Source: Candidatus Dojkabacteria bacterium (lineage in GTDB: Bacteria; Patescibacteriota; Dojkabacteria; SC72). From it: DNA of 64,000 nt. Shown here piece by piece: positions 1 to 9,599 of the stretch (positions are counted from its first letter, which is position 1; every line of letters starts with the position of its first letter). The notes under the pieces are model-generated. The model saw only the letters and a program-made list of their open reading frames with translations, made no database searches and was not told the DNA's origin. Made by a program: the position numbers and the translations under genes. Location: NCBI GenBank assembly GCA_050950145.1, contig JBMNHB010000001.1, positions 492,820-556,819 of the forward strand, in the 5' to 3' direction.

Positions 1-998
1 CATACAAGAGATACCAGGTACAAAATGTTTGGAGAGCAGATAATGTGCAAAAAGGTAGATGCAGAGAGTTCACCCAGATGGATATAGATACATTAGGAAG
101 TAGCTCACCTTTTGCAGATGCTGAAATTTTACAATTCGGATTAAACTTTCTAAAAGAACTAGGATTTAAGAAATATCAAGTAAGGATAAATAGTAGAGAA
201 ATAATTCAAGGTATAGTTGATTCTCTCCTACTAGGTCAAAAAAACTTTGAATCTGTATATATAGCCATTGATAAACTTCAGAAAATAGGAGAGGAGAATG
301 TAAAGAAAGAATTAATAGATAAAGGGATTGCAAGTAAAAAGGTTGATTCCCTTTTGGAGATATTAAAACTAAAAAGTATTGATGAAATAGAAAAAGAAAT
401 TTCTCAATCAGAAGCAGGAGAGAAGGGAATTCAGAATGTTAAAGAAATCATCTCTATTCTAAAAGACTCTGGTATAGAGGATGAATATATTAAATTTGAC
501 CTTTCATTAGCAAGAGGACTAGCATCATATACAGGTGCAGTTTGGGAATTTGAAATCATAGATGGTGATGTAGGATCTGTTAGTGGAGGAGGAAGATATG
601 ACAAAGCGGTCAGTAAATATATTGGAAGAGAAGTCCCTGCAACAGGTACATCCTTTGGTTTAGAAAGATTAACTGAAATAATTAAAGATAGAGAAATGTT
701 ACAAGAAAGTAGAAAGAAAAAAGATGTTTTAGTTATCCCTCTAGCAAGTAAAGTTCTTCCTTACACAATGAAAGTCGCAAACAAACTAAGAGAATCTGAT
801 ATTAATTCAAATATTTACCCCAACATTGAGAAATTAAAAAACTCTCTTAAGTATGCAGACAGGAAAAACTACAAATTGGTAATGATAATAGGTGAGGAAG
901 AACAACAAAAAGAAGTTGTACAACTAAAAAACATGAAAACAAAAGAACAACTCTCCCTAAGCATTAACGATGCTATAAAAACAATTTCCAAAAAGTAA
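1..998 (+). CDS. hisS: histidyl-tRNA synthetase, 5'-truncated at window edge
   Basis: Frame is open from nt 3. Translation YKRYQVQNVWRADNVQKGRCREFTQMDID matches class-II aaRS motif 2 of HisRS (GRxREFxQ), and GGGRYD and a C-terminal anticodon-binding-like region follow. The ORF-track start at 45 is an internal GTG. Confidence 0.75.
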   Translation, partial: YKRYQVQNVWRADNVQKGRCREFTQMDIDTLGSSSPFADAEILQFGLNFLKELGFKKYQVRINSREIIQGIVDSLLLGQKNFESVYIAIDKLQKIGEENVKKELIDKGIASKKVDSLLEILKLKSIDEIEKEISQSEAGEKGIQNVKEIISILKDSGIEDEYIKFDLSLARGLASYTGAVWEFEIIDGDVGSVSGGGRYDKAVSKYIGREVPATGTSFGLERLTEIIKDREMLQESRKKKDVLVIPLASKVLPYTMKVANKLRESDINSNIYPNIEKLKNSLKYADRKNYKLVMIIGEEEQQKEVVQLKNMKTKEQLSLSINDAIKTISKK

Positions 999-1032
999 GA
1001 ATTTTGTAAGAACAGAGGTATACCATTTCTGC

Positions 1033-1647
1033 ATGGTTAAGAAAAAAGCAAAAAAGGTATACCTTTTTACAAAAGATTTAGACCTTATTAATAAAATCAG
1101 AAAAAGTGTTTACTCTCTCAAAATCCCTTTAACTTTTCATTTAAACCCTAATAGCTGTAATGAAGATTTTCCTCCAGACATCATAATTACAGATCAAAGA
1201 TTCTTTGAAAGAGATAATGTAACAAACTTAAATACTACTACTAAAATAATATATTTAACAAACAATTCATCACCTGAAAACATTCAAACTATTTTAGAAA
1301 CAGGAGTTGATAATATACTCTTCTGTCCAATTAATTTTAATTATCTTCTTTGTCTAATTAAAAAATATCTCGGAGTATTAAAAACAAATGAATATCGCAA
1401 GCTTAGACATAAAGGAATTACACTATGTAAAGATTCCTCATCTGTAACATACAATGATTGCAAGGTCTATCTTACAAATAGAGAATTCTCAGTAATAGAA
1501 TCAATTATGACTAACAGTAGAAATAGTGAAATTTCAAAAGAAACATTACAAGTAACAGTACATAGAATAAATAAGAAAACAAAAGAGGGAATAGGGCTGA
1601 AACTAATAAAAAATAGAAGAGCAACAGGATATCAGATAGCTATCTAA
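1033..1647 (+). CDS. OmpR-family-like winged-helix protein with degenerate receiver-like N-terminus
   Basis: C-terminal VYLTNREFSVIESIMTNSRNSEISKETL resembles the trans_reg_C wHTH. The N-terminal DIIITD resembles the receiver phospho-Asp region, but the rest is poorly conserved. Confidence 0.4.
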   Translation: MVKKKAKKVYLFTKDLDLINKIRKSVYSLKIPLTFHLNPNSCNEDFPPDIIITDQRFFERDNVTNLNTTTKIIYLTNNSSPENIQTILETGVDNILFCPINFNYLLCLIKKYLGVLKTNEYRKLRHKGITLCKDSSSVTYNDCKVYLTNREFSVIESIMTNSRNSEISKETLQVTVHRINKKTKEGIGLKLIKNRRATGYQIAI

Positions 1648-4247
1648 ATCTTCTTTTTCCACTCAACAATCTTCTTCAATGCTTCAAGTGGGGTCAAGTT
1701 GTCAGTATCAAGTTTTTGAATCTCCCTTTCAACTTCTGAATCCTTTGCAGAAAAGAGAGGATATTGAACTGCATTAATCTTAGATTTAGCTTTTTCTTCT
1801 TTTGTTACAAAAGATATTTCTCTAACTCCTTTTTTAGATGCAAACATATTCTTCTGTTCAAAGCTTTCTAGAATTTCATTAGCTCTTTTAATAATCTTCT
1901 CTGGTAAACCTGCCATTTTAGCAACATATATTCCATAACTTCTATCTGTTCCACCTTCAACTATTTTTCTTAAAAATATTACTTCTCCTTTTTCTAAATC
2001 TTCTTCTACTAAAACATTGTAGTTACTAACAGCATCTGGGAATTTCTCCGAAAGTTTAAGAAGCTCATGATAATGAGTAGCAAAAAGAGTTCTCGCTTTA
2101 AGTTCATTAGTTATATACTCTGCTAGTGCCCATGCGATACTAACTCCATCATATGTGCTTGTACCTCTACCAACCTCATCAAGAACAATTAGACTATACT
2201 TTGTAGCATTGTTAATAATGTTAGCAGCTTCATCCATTTCTACCATGAAAGTACTTCTCCCCCTAGACAAATCATCAGATGCACCAACTCTTGTAAAGAT
2301 TCTATCTACAATTGATATAGATGCACTCTGTGCAGGAACAAAAGAACCTATCTGAGCCATCAGAACAATTGTTGCAACTTGTCTGATATATGTGGACTTA
2401 CCAGACATATTAGGACCAGTTAAAATACACATACCACCTTTTGTTAAAGATAATTCAGTGTCATTTGAGATAAAATCCTCAGAGCTTAGAGATTCTACAA
2501 TTGGATGTCTGCCTTTTTCTATCTTAATAATCCCATCATTCTCTCCCATTTCAAAAATCTCTGGTTTAACATAGTCTAAATCTCTAGCCACATATGCGAA
2601 ATTGGATAAGACATCAATCTTTGCTATCACTTGAGAAAGCTTCTGTAATTTTTCTAAACTAGGAAGAAGAGATTCTCTAAATTCATTAAACAATTGATAC
2701 TCCAAAGCAGAAAGATTATCATGTGCATTCAAAATAATATCCTCTCTCTCTTTTAGTTCTTCTGTAATATATCTTTCAGAATTAACTAATGTCTGTTTCC
2801 TAATATATCTATCAGGTACTTTATCAAAATGCGTCTTTGTAACTTCAATATAATAACCAAAGACATTGTTAAATCCAATTTTCAAGGAAGGAATTTCTGT
2901 TTCTTTTTTCTCCTTCTCCTCAAATTCCTTCAACCATTCTTTACTATCACCTGAAAGGGATCTTAATCTATCAACCTCATCATTAAAACCTTTATTAATT
3001 ATCCCTCCCTCAGTTATCGCCAAAGGTGGATCTTCTACAAATGTTCTATTAATCTTTTTTGCTAATTCATTAAAGAAATCTCTATCTAAATCTTTCTCCT
3101 TAATCTTCAACTTCTTCTCTGCTAGTTCCAAAATCTCAATAGAGTTAAGGAGAGACACCTCAAGTGCTTTAATATCCCTTGCATTAACTCTGTTAAGACC
3201 AATCTTTCCAACAATTCTTTCAATATCATTAATACCATCAAGTTTCTCTCTTACTTCATTAAGAACATCTTCATTCTCAAAAAACTTTTCTACAACATTT
3301 AACCTTTCATCTACCTCCTTCTTATTTATCAATGGATTAAGAATCCAAGAGTAGAGTAGTCTAGTACCCATTCTAGTATTTGTTCTGTTCAAAACAGAAA
3401 AGAGAGAACCTTCAATCCCTCCGCTATATGCATTTGAAACTAACTCAAGATTTCGAATAGTAGCTCTATCTAGAATCATTGTACTATCCAAAGAAACTCT
3501 TTTAGGTTTAAGAATATGAGTAGGATTCATTAATTGTGTTTCCTCTATATGTTTAAGAATCATTGCAACAGGAACAACAGATTCTGAATCTTTTTCTAAA
3601 CCAATAGATTCTACATTTTTCAGATTGTAAAAATCCTTAACTAATTCTTCACTAAATTGAATGTTTTTTAGACCTTTATCTAAAAACTGAACAGGTAGGT
3701 GATTAAGATTTTCATTACTCTCTCCCTCAATCAAAAGAATTTCTACTGGATTGTAAGCAGAGAGAACAGAGTTAATATATCCATTTCCTTTGCCTTCATT
3801 AAGTAGAAGAAACTCTCCTGTTGAAATATCTGCTAGTGAAACAAAAACATTTTTCTTAGAGAAATGAAAAGCTGCAAGATACGAGTTGTGAACAGCATTT
3901 GCTTGATCACCGTCTACAGTTCCAGGAGTAACAATTCTAACAACACCTCTTTTTACAATGCCTTTTGCTAACTTCGGATCTTCTAACTGATCTACAACTA
4001 CAACACAATGACCAGCTTCTATAAACTTAGGAAGATATTGGTCAATTGCTTTGTGTGGAAATCCTGCAAGAGCAGTTGCATTAGCCTTCTTATCTCTCTT
4101 TGTAAGAGTGATATTCAAAACCTTAGATGCAATTTTAGCATCCTCTCCAAAGGTCTCAAAAAAATCACCCATTCTAAAAAGGACTATCTTGTCAGGATAC
4201 TGCCTCTTAAAACCTAAAAACTGTCTCATCATCGGAGTCTCTCCCAT
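1644..4247 (-). CDS. mutS: DNA mismatch repair protein MutS
   Basis: N-terminal TPMMRQFLGFKRQYPDKIVLFRMGDFFETFGEDA is the MutS mismatch-binding domain. Walker A GPNMSGKSTYIRQ and C-terminal HTH are present. The ORF-track start at 4271 is a TTG; the ATG at 4247 (MGETPMM) is the likely start, preceded by an extended -10 tgg-TATACT. Confidence 0.9.
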   Translation of the reverse strand: MGETPMMRQFLGFKRQYPDKIVLFRMGDFFETFGEDAKIASKVLNITLTKRDKKANATALAGFPHKAIDQYLPKFIEAGHCVVVVDQLEDPKLAKGIVKRGVVRIVTPGTVDGDQANAVHNSYLAAFHFSKKNVFVSLADISTGEFLLLNEGKGNGYINSVLSAYNPVEILLIEGESNENLNHLPVQFLDKGLKNIQFSEELVKDFYNLKNVESIGLEKDSESVVPVAMILKHIEETQLMNPTHILKPKRVSLDSTMILDRATIRNLELVSNAYSGGIEGSLFSVLNRTNTRMGTRLLYSWILNPLINKKEVDERLNVVEKFFENEDVLNEVREKLDGINDIERIVGKIGLNRVNARDIKALEVSLLNSIEILELAEKKLKIKEKDLDRDFFNELAKKINRTFVEDPPLAITEGGIINKGFNDEVDRLRSLSGDSKEWLKEFEEKEKKETEIPSLKIGFNNVFGYYIEVTKTHFDKVPDRYIRKQTLVNSERYITEELKEREDIILNAHDNLSALEYQLFNEFRESLLPSLEKLQKLSQVIAKIDVLSNFAYVARDLDYVKPEIFEMGENDGIIKIEKGRHPIVESLSSEDFISNDTELSLTKGGMCILTGPNMSGKSTYIRQVATIVLMAQIGSFVPAQSASISIVDRIFTRVGASDDLSRGRSTFMVEMDEAANIINNATKYSLIVLDEVGRGTSTYDGVSIAWALAEYITNELKARTLFATHYHELLKLSEKFPDAVSNYNVLVEEDLEKGEVIFLRKIVEGGTDRSYGIYVAKMAGLPEKIIKRANEILESFEQKNMFASKKGVREISFVTKEEKAKSKINAVQYPLFSAKDSEVEREIQKLDTDNLTPLEALKKIVEWKKKI

Positions 4248-4271
4248 ATCTTGTAGTATACCACAACACAA

Positions 4272-4294
4272 CAGGTCTGACCTAGGTCTGCCCC
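4272..4294. repeat. REP-like palindromic element (left arm of RAYT-flanking inverted repeat) CAGGTCTGACCTAGGTCTGCCCC
   Basis: Perfect reverse complement of 4808-4830. It contains the nested palindromes AGGTC-T-GACCT and GACC-TA-GGTC and abuts the mutS start region. Confidence 0.8.
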
Positions 4295-4336
4295 TAGTTA
4301 ATCTAGATTTAATAATTATGTGAGAAAATCAAAACC

Positions 4337-4792
4337 ATGAGAAAAGAAAAGGTTGAACAACTTTATAGAAGAAGTGGCTATTACCATATCTATAACCGTG
4401 GTAATAGGAAACAGGATATCTTTTTAAGAGAGAAGGATTACAAAATCTTTATAAACCTTTTGTATAAATACTTGAAAAAGAAAAGACTTTTATTAATCGG
4501 GTATTGCCTTATGCCAAATCACTTCCACTTAATAATAAAAAATGGAGCAGATGTAAGAGCAATTCCCCACTTCATGCAGTGTTTTATGACAGCTTATGTA
4601 ATGTACTTTAATCGTCATTATAAAAAAGTTGGACACTTGTTTCAGTCTCCTTTCCAAGCAAAAAGATTACCGAAGATAAGAGATCTGGAAAATGCAAAAA
4701 GATATTTAGAACTTAACCCATTTGAAGCTGGAATACCTATCCAAAAGATAGAAGAAGGATATAAATGGCTATATCTCAGAAAGGAAAAATGA
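4337..4792 (+). mobile_element. REP-associated tyrosine transposase (RAYT), IS200/IS605 TnpA-like HUH Y1 transposase, apparently intact
   Basis: 151 aa. HUH motif LMPNHFHLII and C-terminal catalytic-Tyr motif AKRYLELNPFEAG are present. It is flanked by perfect 23-bp inverted REP copies. Confidence 0.75.
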
Positions 4793-4807
4793 AAAATAAA
4801 TTAACGC

Positions 4808-4830
4808 GGGGCAGACCTAGGTCAGACCTG
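4808..4830. repeat. REP-like palindromic element (right arm) GGGGCAGACCTAGGTCAGACCTG
   Basis: Reverse complement of 4272-4294. The extended 30-mer TTAACGCGGGGCAGACCTAGGTCAGACCTG recurs at 18357-18386, and it abuts the stop codon of the pps-like gene. Confidence 0.8.
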
Positions 4831-7374
4831 TTATTTACCGAGGATTATGCGACCTTCTTCATCTGCTACAACCTTTCTAGCCTCTCGTATATCTTCTGGT
4901 GTAACAGCAACACCATAAACTCCTGTTTGTACAGAGTACTTCAGAAGAGGTTTACTGTTCTCCACAACAACTATCACCTTCCCAGCCTTATCTCGAACAG
5001 AAGTTGTAATATTATCTAAAACCTTAAACACACTTGATCTTGCCAAGTCATATTTCGCATTCTTCTCATCAACCTTAAACCCTTGCATCTGTCTCGCCAC
5101 TCTAGGTGTATTCAAAATCACACCATCAATCTTTGTATTCAAAATTTCATCAATCAATATAACTTCAGAAGGATTATCTAATACAACATACATATTGAAA
5201 GAGGACATCCTTCTTAATTTCTCACCTGAAAGCAACTTCTTTATCTCTTTCATAACATCCTCATTCATTGGAGCATGGATACCCAAAGAAACATTTCTCT
5301 TTTTATGCACATTCCTAATTCTACGAATAATTCTTGCAACTCTTCGTAACAACTCAGGGTTAGCAATATAGTGAACAGCACCATAAGCTTCAGCAGACAG
5401 AGATTCATCTTCAAATTTTTTCCCACCAACCAATCCTCTAAATTCCTTAACCTTAGAAGAACCGATTGTGATAACAACCTCATCTCCTTTAACTAAATTT
5501 ACATATTCTAAAATCTTCTCACAAATTTTCTTAGTATAGTCAACAAATTTTTTATCATTCACATACTGCAAAATATGTCTTCCATCCTCAACCATTATCT
5601 TATCCAAATCTATATACACAATCCCATTAGAATCTCCAACATAGTCAAACAGTTTCTTAGAATCTCTATCAACCATAGAAAATACTTTAGTAGCAGTAGG
5701 TGGCAATGTAATATCCTTAGGTGGGGTAGAAGTATCCTCATTTTCCAACTCAATCTTTTCCCTATCCTCAGCAGTAACCTCACCTTTAGCATACGCTCCA
5801 GCAACAGGATGTAATTCTTTCTCCAATTCCTTTTCTAACTTCTCGCTCTTGTATACAGTTCCTGAATTCCCATCAAGCTTTACAAAATCCCCATTTCGCA
5901 ACAGTGAAGACGCAGAAGTCGCACCTACAACTGCAGGAATCTTAAACTCCCTACAAAGAATCGCTGTATCACTTGTTAAACCTCCAGTCTCCATCAAAAC
6001 ACCTCCAGAAGAAAGAATCATACCTTCCATCTCGGAAGAATACTTCTTAATCAAAAGAATATCTGATTTCGTAAACTTCTTGTCCACAGGTGCATCTACA
6101 ATATTAATCTTACCAGTAACAATTCCAAAACTTGCTCCAATTCCTGATATAACGAAATCCTCCTTCTTTGTTTCCTCCTTAACTAACTCTGTATCTAATT
6201 CTTTCTTTGCTTGGTATATTAATTCCTCAAGCCTCTTAATGTCTTCATCGTTGCTCTTTTTAATTATCTTTTTAGCTTCCGTCATAGCAGATGAAACCAT
6301 TTCATCTTTACTCTCATATTTCTCAATAAAACCTAAAATCTCTTCTCTAATATTTGCTCTAACAATTAAAACTCCTTCATTCTGAATCTTATAATCCAAA
6401 GACTTGTACCTAACTGGCTTATTCTGCAAAACCCAAAATCTTCCACCAGAGAGAACCCACTCAACATTTTGAGGTTCATTACTCTTATCCTCAATCACTA
6501 ATGCAATTTTTGAAATCTCTTCAATATCTTTATCTGACAGTTTCTGTTTATGACTCCACCCTTTAGAAATCTTTATCTTCTCAATGCCCTGAGCCCCTTT
6601 CTTCGCCTGTTTCATTGTTCTTACCTTCATCCACTCCTGTGGAGCAATATGTTTTTCAACAGTAGACAAATCTCTCTTATTAAGAAGATATGTATCTGGA
6701 GTAATCTCACCTAGAGAAATTACATCACCCAATCCATACACAGCCTCAATATTTAGTTTAGTATTATCTTGAGAAATTGGATCTACAGTATATACAATTC
6801 CAGCAACTTCTGATTGAACCATTTTCTGTACAACCACAGCCATTTTTACATCAGAGATATCTACATTCATCCTACTAGCATAAGCAACAACATCATCACA
6901 AAACATTGAAGAAAATATTCGTTTGATAGAAGGAAGAAGTTCATCATATTTCCTAACATTTAACTCCGTAGAAAAAACACCTGTAAAAGAAACTTCCTTA
7001 TCTGCGGGAAAAACAACTGAAGACCTAACTGATACCCAAGCATCTGTAAATCCAGACAATCTAGTATACGCAGAAAGTATCTCTTCCTGTACCGATTTCT
7101 CAAAAGACTCACCAAGCATTACAGCCTCAACTTCTCTCGCTTCAGGATTTTTCCCTTTTGCTAATAATTTACCTTTACTGTTTTTAAAAACTTTTAATGC
7201 ATGTTTAACAAAAACCTCACTTGAAACAACAAAGAACTCTGGGACAGGGACGTCCATATCCTTAAGCCTAAAAAGACTCAATCCTTTTCGTCCAATCTTA
7301 TCTTCATTAAGCTCTTTAGCTGAATAATCTTCAAAGAAGTATACATTTGTCTTGTTTGAGCTCTCGCTACTCAT
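4831..7374 (-). CDS. PEP-utilising enzyme family protein (phosphoenolpyruvate synthase / pyruvate,water dikinase-like)
   Basis: N-terminal ATP-grasp PPDK_N-like segment IGRKGLSLFRL...VPVPEFFVV. A central mobile-domain motif GGLTSDTAILCREFKIPAVVG corresponds to GGRTSHAAIIARELGIPAVVG, with D in place of the phospho-His. A C-terminal TIM-barrel-like domain follows. Confidence 0.65.
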   Translation of the reverse strand: MSSESSNKTNVYFFEDYSAKELNEDKIGRKGLSLFRLKDMDVPVPEFFVVSSEVFVKHALKVFKNSKGKLLAKGKNPEAREVEAVMLGESFEKSVQEEILSAYTRLSGFTDAWVSVRSSVVFPADKEVSFTGVFSTELNVRKYDELLPSIKRIFSSMFCDDVVAYASRMNVDISDVKMAVVVQKMVQSEVAGIVYTVDPISQDNTKLNIEAVYGLGDVISLGEITPDTYLLNKRDLSTVEKHIAPQEWMKVRTMKQAKKGAQGIEKIKISKGWSHKQKLSDKDIEEISKIALVIEDKSNEPQNVEWVLSGGRFWVLQNKPVRYKSLDYKIQNEGVLIVRANIREEILGFIEKYESKDEMVSSAMTEAKKIIKKSNDEDIKRLEELIYQAKKELDTELVKEETKKEDFVISGIGASFGIVTGKINIVDAPVDKKFTKSDILLIKKYSSEMEGMILSSGGVLMETGGLTSDTAILCREFKIPAVVGATSASSLLRNGDFVKLDGNSGTVYKSEKLEKELEKELHPVAGAYAKGEVTAEDREKIELENEDTSTPPKDITLPPTATKVFSMVDRDSKKLFDYVGDSNGIVYIDLDKIMVEDGRHILQYVNDKKFVDYTKKICEKILEYVNLVKGDEVVITIGSSKVKEFRGLVGGKKFEDESLSAEAYGAVHYIANPELLRRVARIIRRIRNVHKKRNVSLGIHAPMNEDVMKEIKKLLSGEKLRRMSSFNMYVVLDNPSEVILIDEILNTKIDGVILNTPRVARQMQGFKVDEKNAKYDLARSSVFKVLDNITTSVRDKAGKVIVVVENSKPLLKYSVQTGVYGVAVTPEDIREARKVVADEEGRIILGK

Positions 7375-7406
7375 TGTATAGGGCAGTACAAAACTTAAAT
7401 CATTTC

Positions 7407-8510
7407 CTAATTAACGATACCTTTAGCTTCTAGTTTTTGCAAGTCTATATAGAATTCATAAAGAATTTTAATTAAAACAATAAAAGGAACTGCAATAACA
7501 GCACCAAGAGGACCTGCTAAGATTAATAGGATAATAACACCTATCATTATATAGAAAGGTTTAACACCAACAACATTACCCATAACCTTTGGAATAATGA
7601 GATTGTTTTCAACTTGCTGGTACAAAACCATCAAAACCAAAATTATAATAGCATTAATAGGTCCAACAGTAATTAAAGAAACAATACCAACAGCAAGCCC
7701 TGCTAAAGTTGCACCAATACTTGGAATTGCATCCATTATTCCAACAAAAACAGCAAGAGGTATTGCGAATGGTACTTTAAATAACGAAAGAATGATTGCA
7801 GAAAATAGGGTAGCAATAAGACTAACAGTACCTTGACCCAAAACCCAGCTCCCCAGTTTATCTTCCACTTCCTCTATCAGTTTTTTCACTCTCTCTGTTT
7901 TCTCCTTAGACCTAATTCTCATAAACAAGACATCTGCTAAAGAATCATGCTCTGCAACTAAATAAATTGACAAAACCGTAGCAGAAAGAAATGTAGTAAA
8001 ACTATTAAATACTCCACCAACAGCAGAAGTAACATTCTTAACACTATCTGATGTTGTAAGAGATTTCAGACTATCTGAAATTGTTTTCTCAACAGAGTGT
8101 ACATCAATAGTAACACCACCAATATTTACACCATTAAGAAAATCAAGTAACTTTGCAATCCAATCAGGCAAAGTATTAATTAACCCTCCAACCTGATTTA
8201 TAAATGGAACAATAATTATGGATAAAATAATGACAATAAAGACCAGAAGGGAAAAATAAGAAAGAAATATGGCCCAACCTTTAGTCACTTTCTGTTTCAT
8301 AAACCAACCAACAATAGGGCGCATAGTACACATAAATACAAAGGAAAGCATTAAGAAGAGAACTATTGATACTAACTGCTTACCAAAAAACACAACAGCT
8401 AAAACAAAAAAAATCAAAGCTAAAAGAGTAGGGGATAGATCTATAAGAACTCTTCTAGGTTCTCCACCCCCATAACTCTCTTTAGTATCAACAGAGTAAA
8501 CTTTTGCCAT
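7407..8510 (-). CDS. AI-2E family (UPF0118/PerM-like) membrane transporter
   Basis: About 8 predicted TM segments. The C-terminal region LIIPKVMGNVVGVKPFYIMIGVIILLILAGPLGAVIAVPFIVLIKILYEFY resembles the AI-2E family signature. Confidence 0.5.
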   Translation of the reverse strand: MAKVYSVDTKESYGGGEPRRVLIDLSPTLLALIFFVLAVVFFGKQLVSIVLFLMLSFVFMCTMRPIVGWFMKQKVTKGWAIFLSYFSLLVFIVIILSIIIVPFINQVGGLINTLPDWIAKLLDFLNGVNIGGVTIDVHSVEKTISDSLKSLTTSDSVKNVTSAVGGVFNSFTTFLSATVLSIYLVAEHDSLADVLFMRIRSKEKTERVKKLIEEVEDKLGSWVLGQGTVSLIATLFSAIILSLFKVPFAIPLAVFVGIMDAIPSIGATLAGLAVGIVSLITVGPINAIIILVLMVLYQQVENNLIIPKVMGNVVGVKPFYIMIGVIILLILAGPLGAVIAVPFIVLIKILYEFYIDLQKLEAKGIVN

Positions 8511-8559
8511 ATGTGGTATTAATTGCTTATATTATCTCTACAATAATACCACAATTTTA

Positions 8560-9498
8560 CTATGCTATTCTATTCCTTTTAAAAACAATTACACCTGACG
8601 ATACAAGAAATGCTACTAAAGCTAATAAACCAAGTATTGCCATCATCTTTCCATCTCTGATAATAGATAGCGCTAACTCTAATTCTCCTGCTGCCACTGG
8701 TAAATCCGAATCAATAACTGCATTACCATTTACAGAACTATGTTCTGAATATATAACGGAAACCTTCTCTTCAACTTCCCTGGTATTTCCAGCTTCATCT
8801 TTTAACACAACAGAATATACATTTACACCATCTTCTCTTAAAGTAATATCTTTAATAACAAACATACCATCTTCTCCAACTTCAGTCTCATAAACATCTG
8901 TACCTCTCTTTACAATTACAGAAGTACTTGGTTCTCCCTCTCCTGTTATTGCAAAAGTCTCAGTACCTACCTCTTCTAGATAATTAATTTTTGCTAATTC
9001 TGGTGCTGTTCTATCAACTGTAACAACTATTGGATCTGACTTTGGAGTTGTAGTCTTCTTAAAGCAACCTTTAAGAGCTGCTGTTGAAAGAATATACTTA
9101 CCCTCATCTTCAATTTTATGTTTATATTCATATTTTCCATCCTTATTTATCCTCACCGTTTTTACTAATTCATTATCTAAGTAAATCTGTGCTCTCTTGT
9201 AACCAGAAGCCTCACCCTTAACAATTATCTCCTCACCATTAACTGCAAGTGGAGTTTCAGCTAAAGATGGAGGTGTCAATGTTTCATCAAGTACTGGATT
9301 CTTCTCTCCCTTAACAAAGGAGAAAACACCATATCCTATTAGCAACAAACCAATAACAATAAACAGTGTTCCTATAAGTCTTGAAAGAGATCTATCTTTG
9401 ATATCTTTGATCTCTACTTTAGAGAGCATAGAACCCTTGGAAGAATTTACTTTTTTGGCAGTTACTTTCTTGGCAGATTTGTTTTTTTTCTTTGCCAC
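8560..9498 (-). CDS. Surface protein with N-terminal signal-anchor, Ig-like middle and C-terminal TM plus basic tail (possible sortase substrate, non-canonical LPVAAG)
   Basis: N-terminal basic tail plus TM (LIGTLFIVIGLLLIGYGVF). C-terminus ...DLPVAAGELELALSIIRDGKMMAILGLLALVAFLVSSGVIVFKRNRIA. It is divergent from a sortase gene. Confidence 0.35.
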   Translation of the reverse strand: MAKKKNKSAKKVTAKKVNSSKGSMLSKVEIKDIKDRSLSRLIGTLFIVIGLLLIGYGVFSFVKGEKNPVLDETLTPPSLAETPLAVNGEEIIVKGEASGYKRAQIYLDNELVKTVRINKDGKYEYKHKIEDEGKYILSTAALKGCFKKTTTPKSDPIVVTVDRTAPELAKINYLEEVGTETFAITGEGEPSTSVIVKRGTDVYETEVGEDGMFVIKDITLREDGVNVYSVVLKDEAGNTREVEEKVSVIYSEHSSVNGNAVIDSDLPVAAGELELALSIIRDGKMMAILGLLALVAFLVSSGVIVFKRNRIA

Positions 9499-9599
9499 TT
9501 TTAACCCATATTAAAATTTATATACTAGGTAATTTAGAATAATATAATTTCAGGAATAATGCAACTATTTATAAAATTTAGTAGAATAACAATAGATTT

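Noticed and set aside
2155-3354. Plus-strand ORFs (2155-2355, 2392-2574, 2866-3354) inside mutS
   Set aside because: They are antisense to a strongly conserved MutS coding sequence. Their products are low-complexity Ser/Leu-rich. They are shadow ORFs.
4008-4323. ORFs 4008-4217 and 4051-4323 overlapping the mutS 5' end and the left REP
   Set aside because: They are antisense or overlap the mutS N-terminus and the REP element. There are no motifs.
5265-7327. Multiple small ORFs on both strands within the pps-like gene (5265-5483, 5575-5814, 5849-6385, 6923-7327)
   Set aside because: They are embedded in or antisense to a conserved long ORF, and their products are low-complexity.
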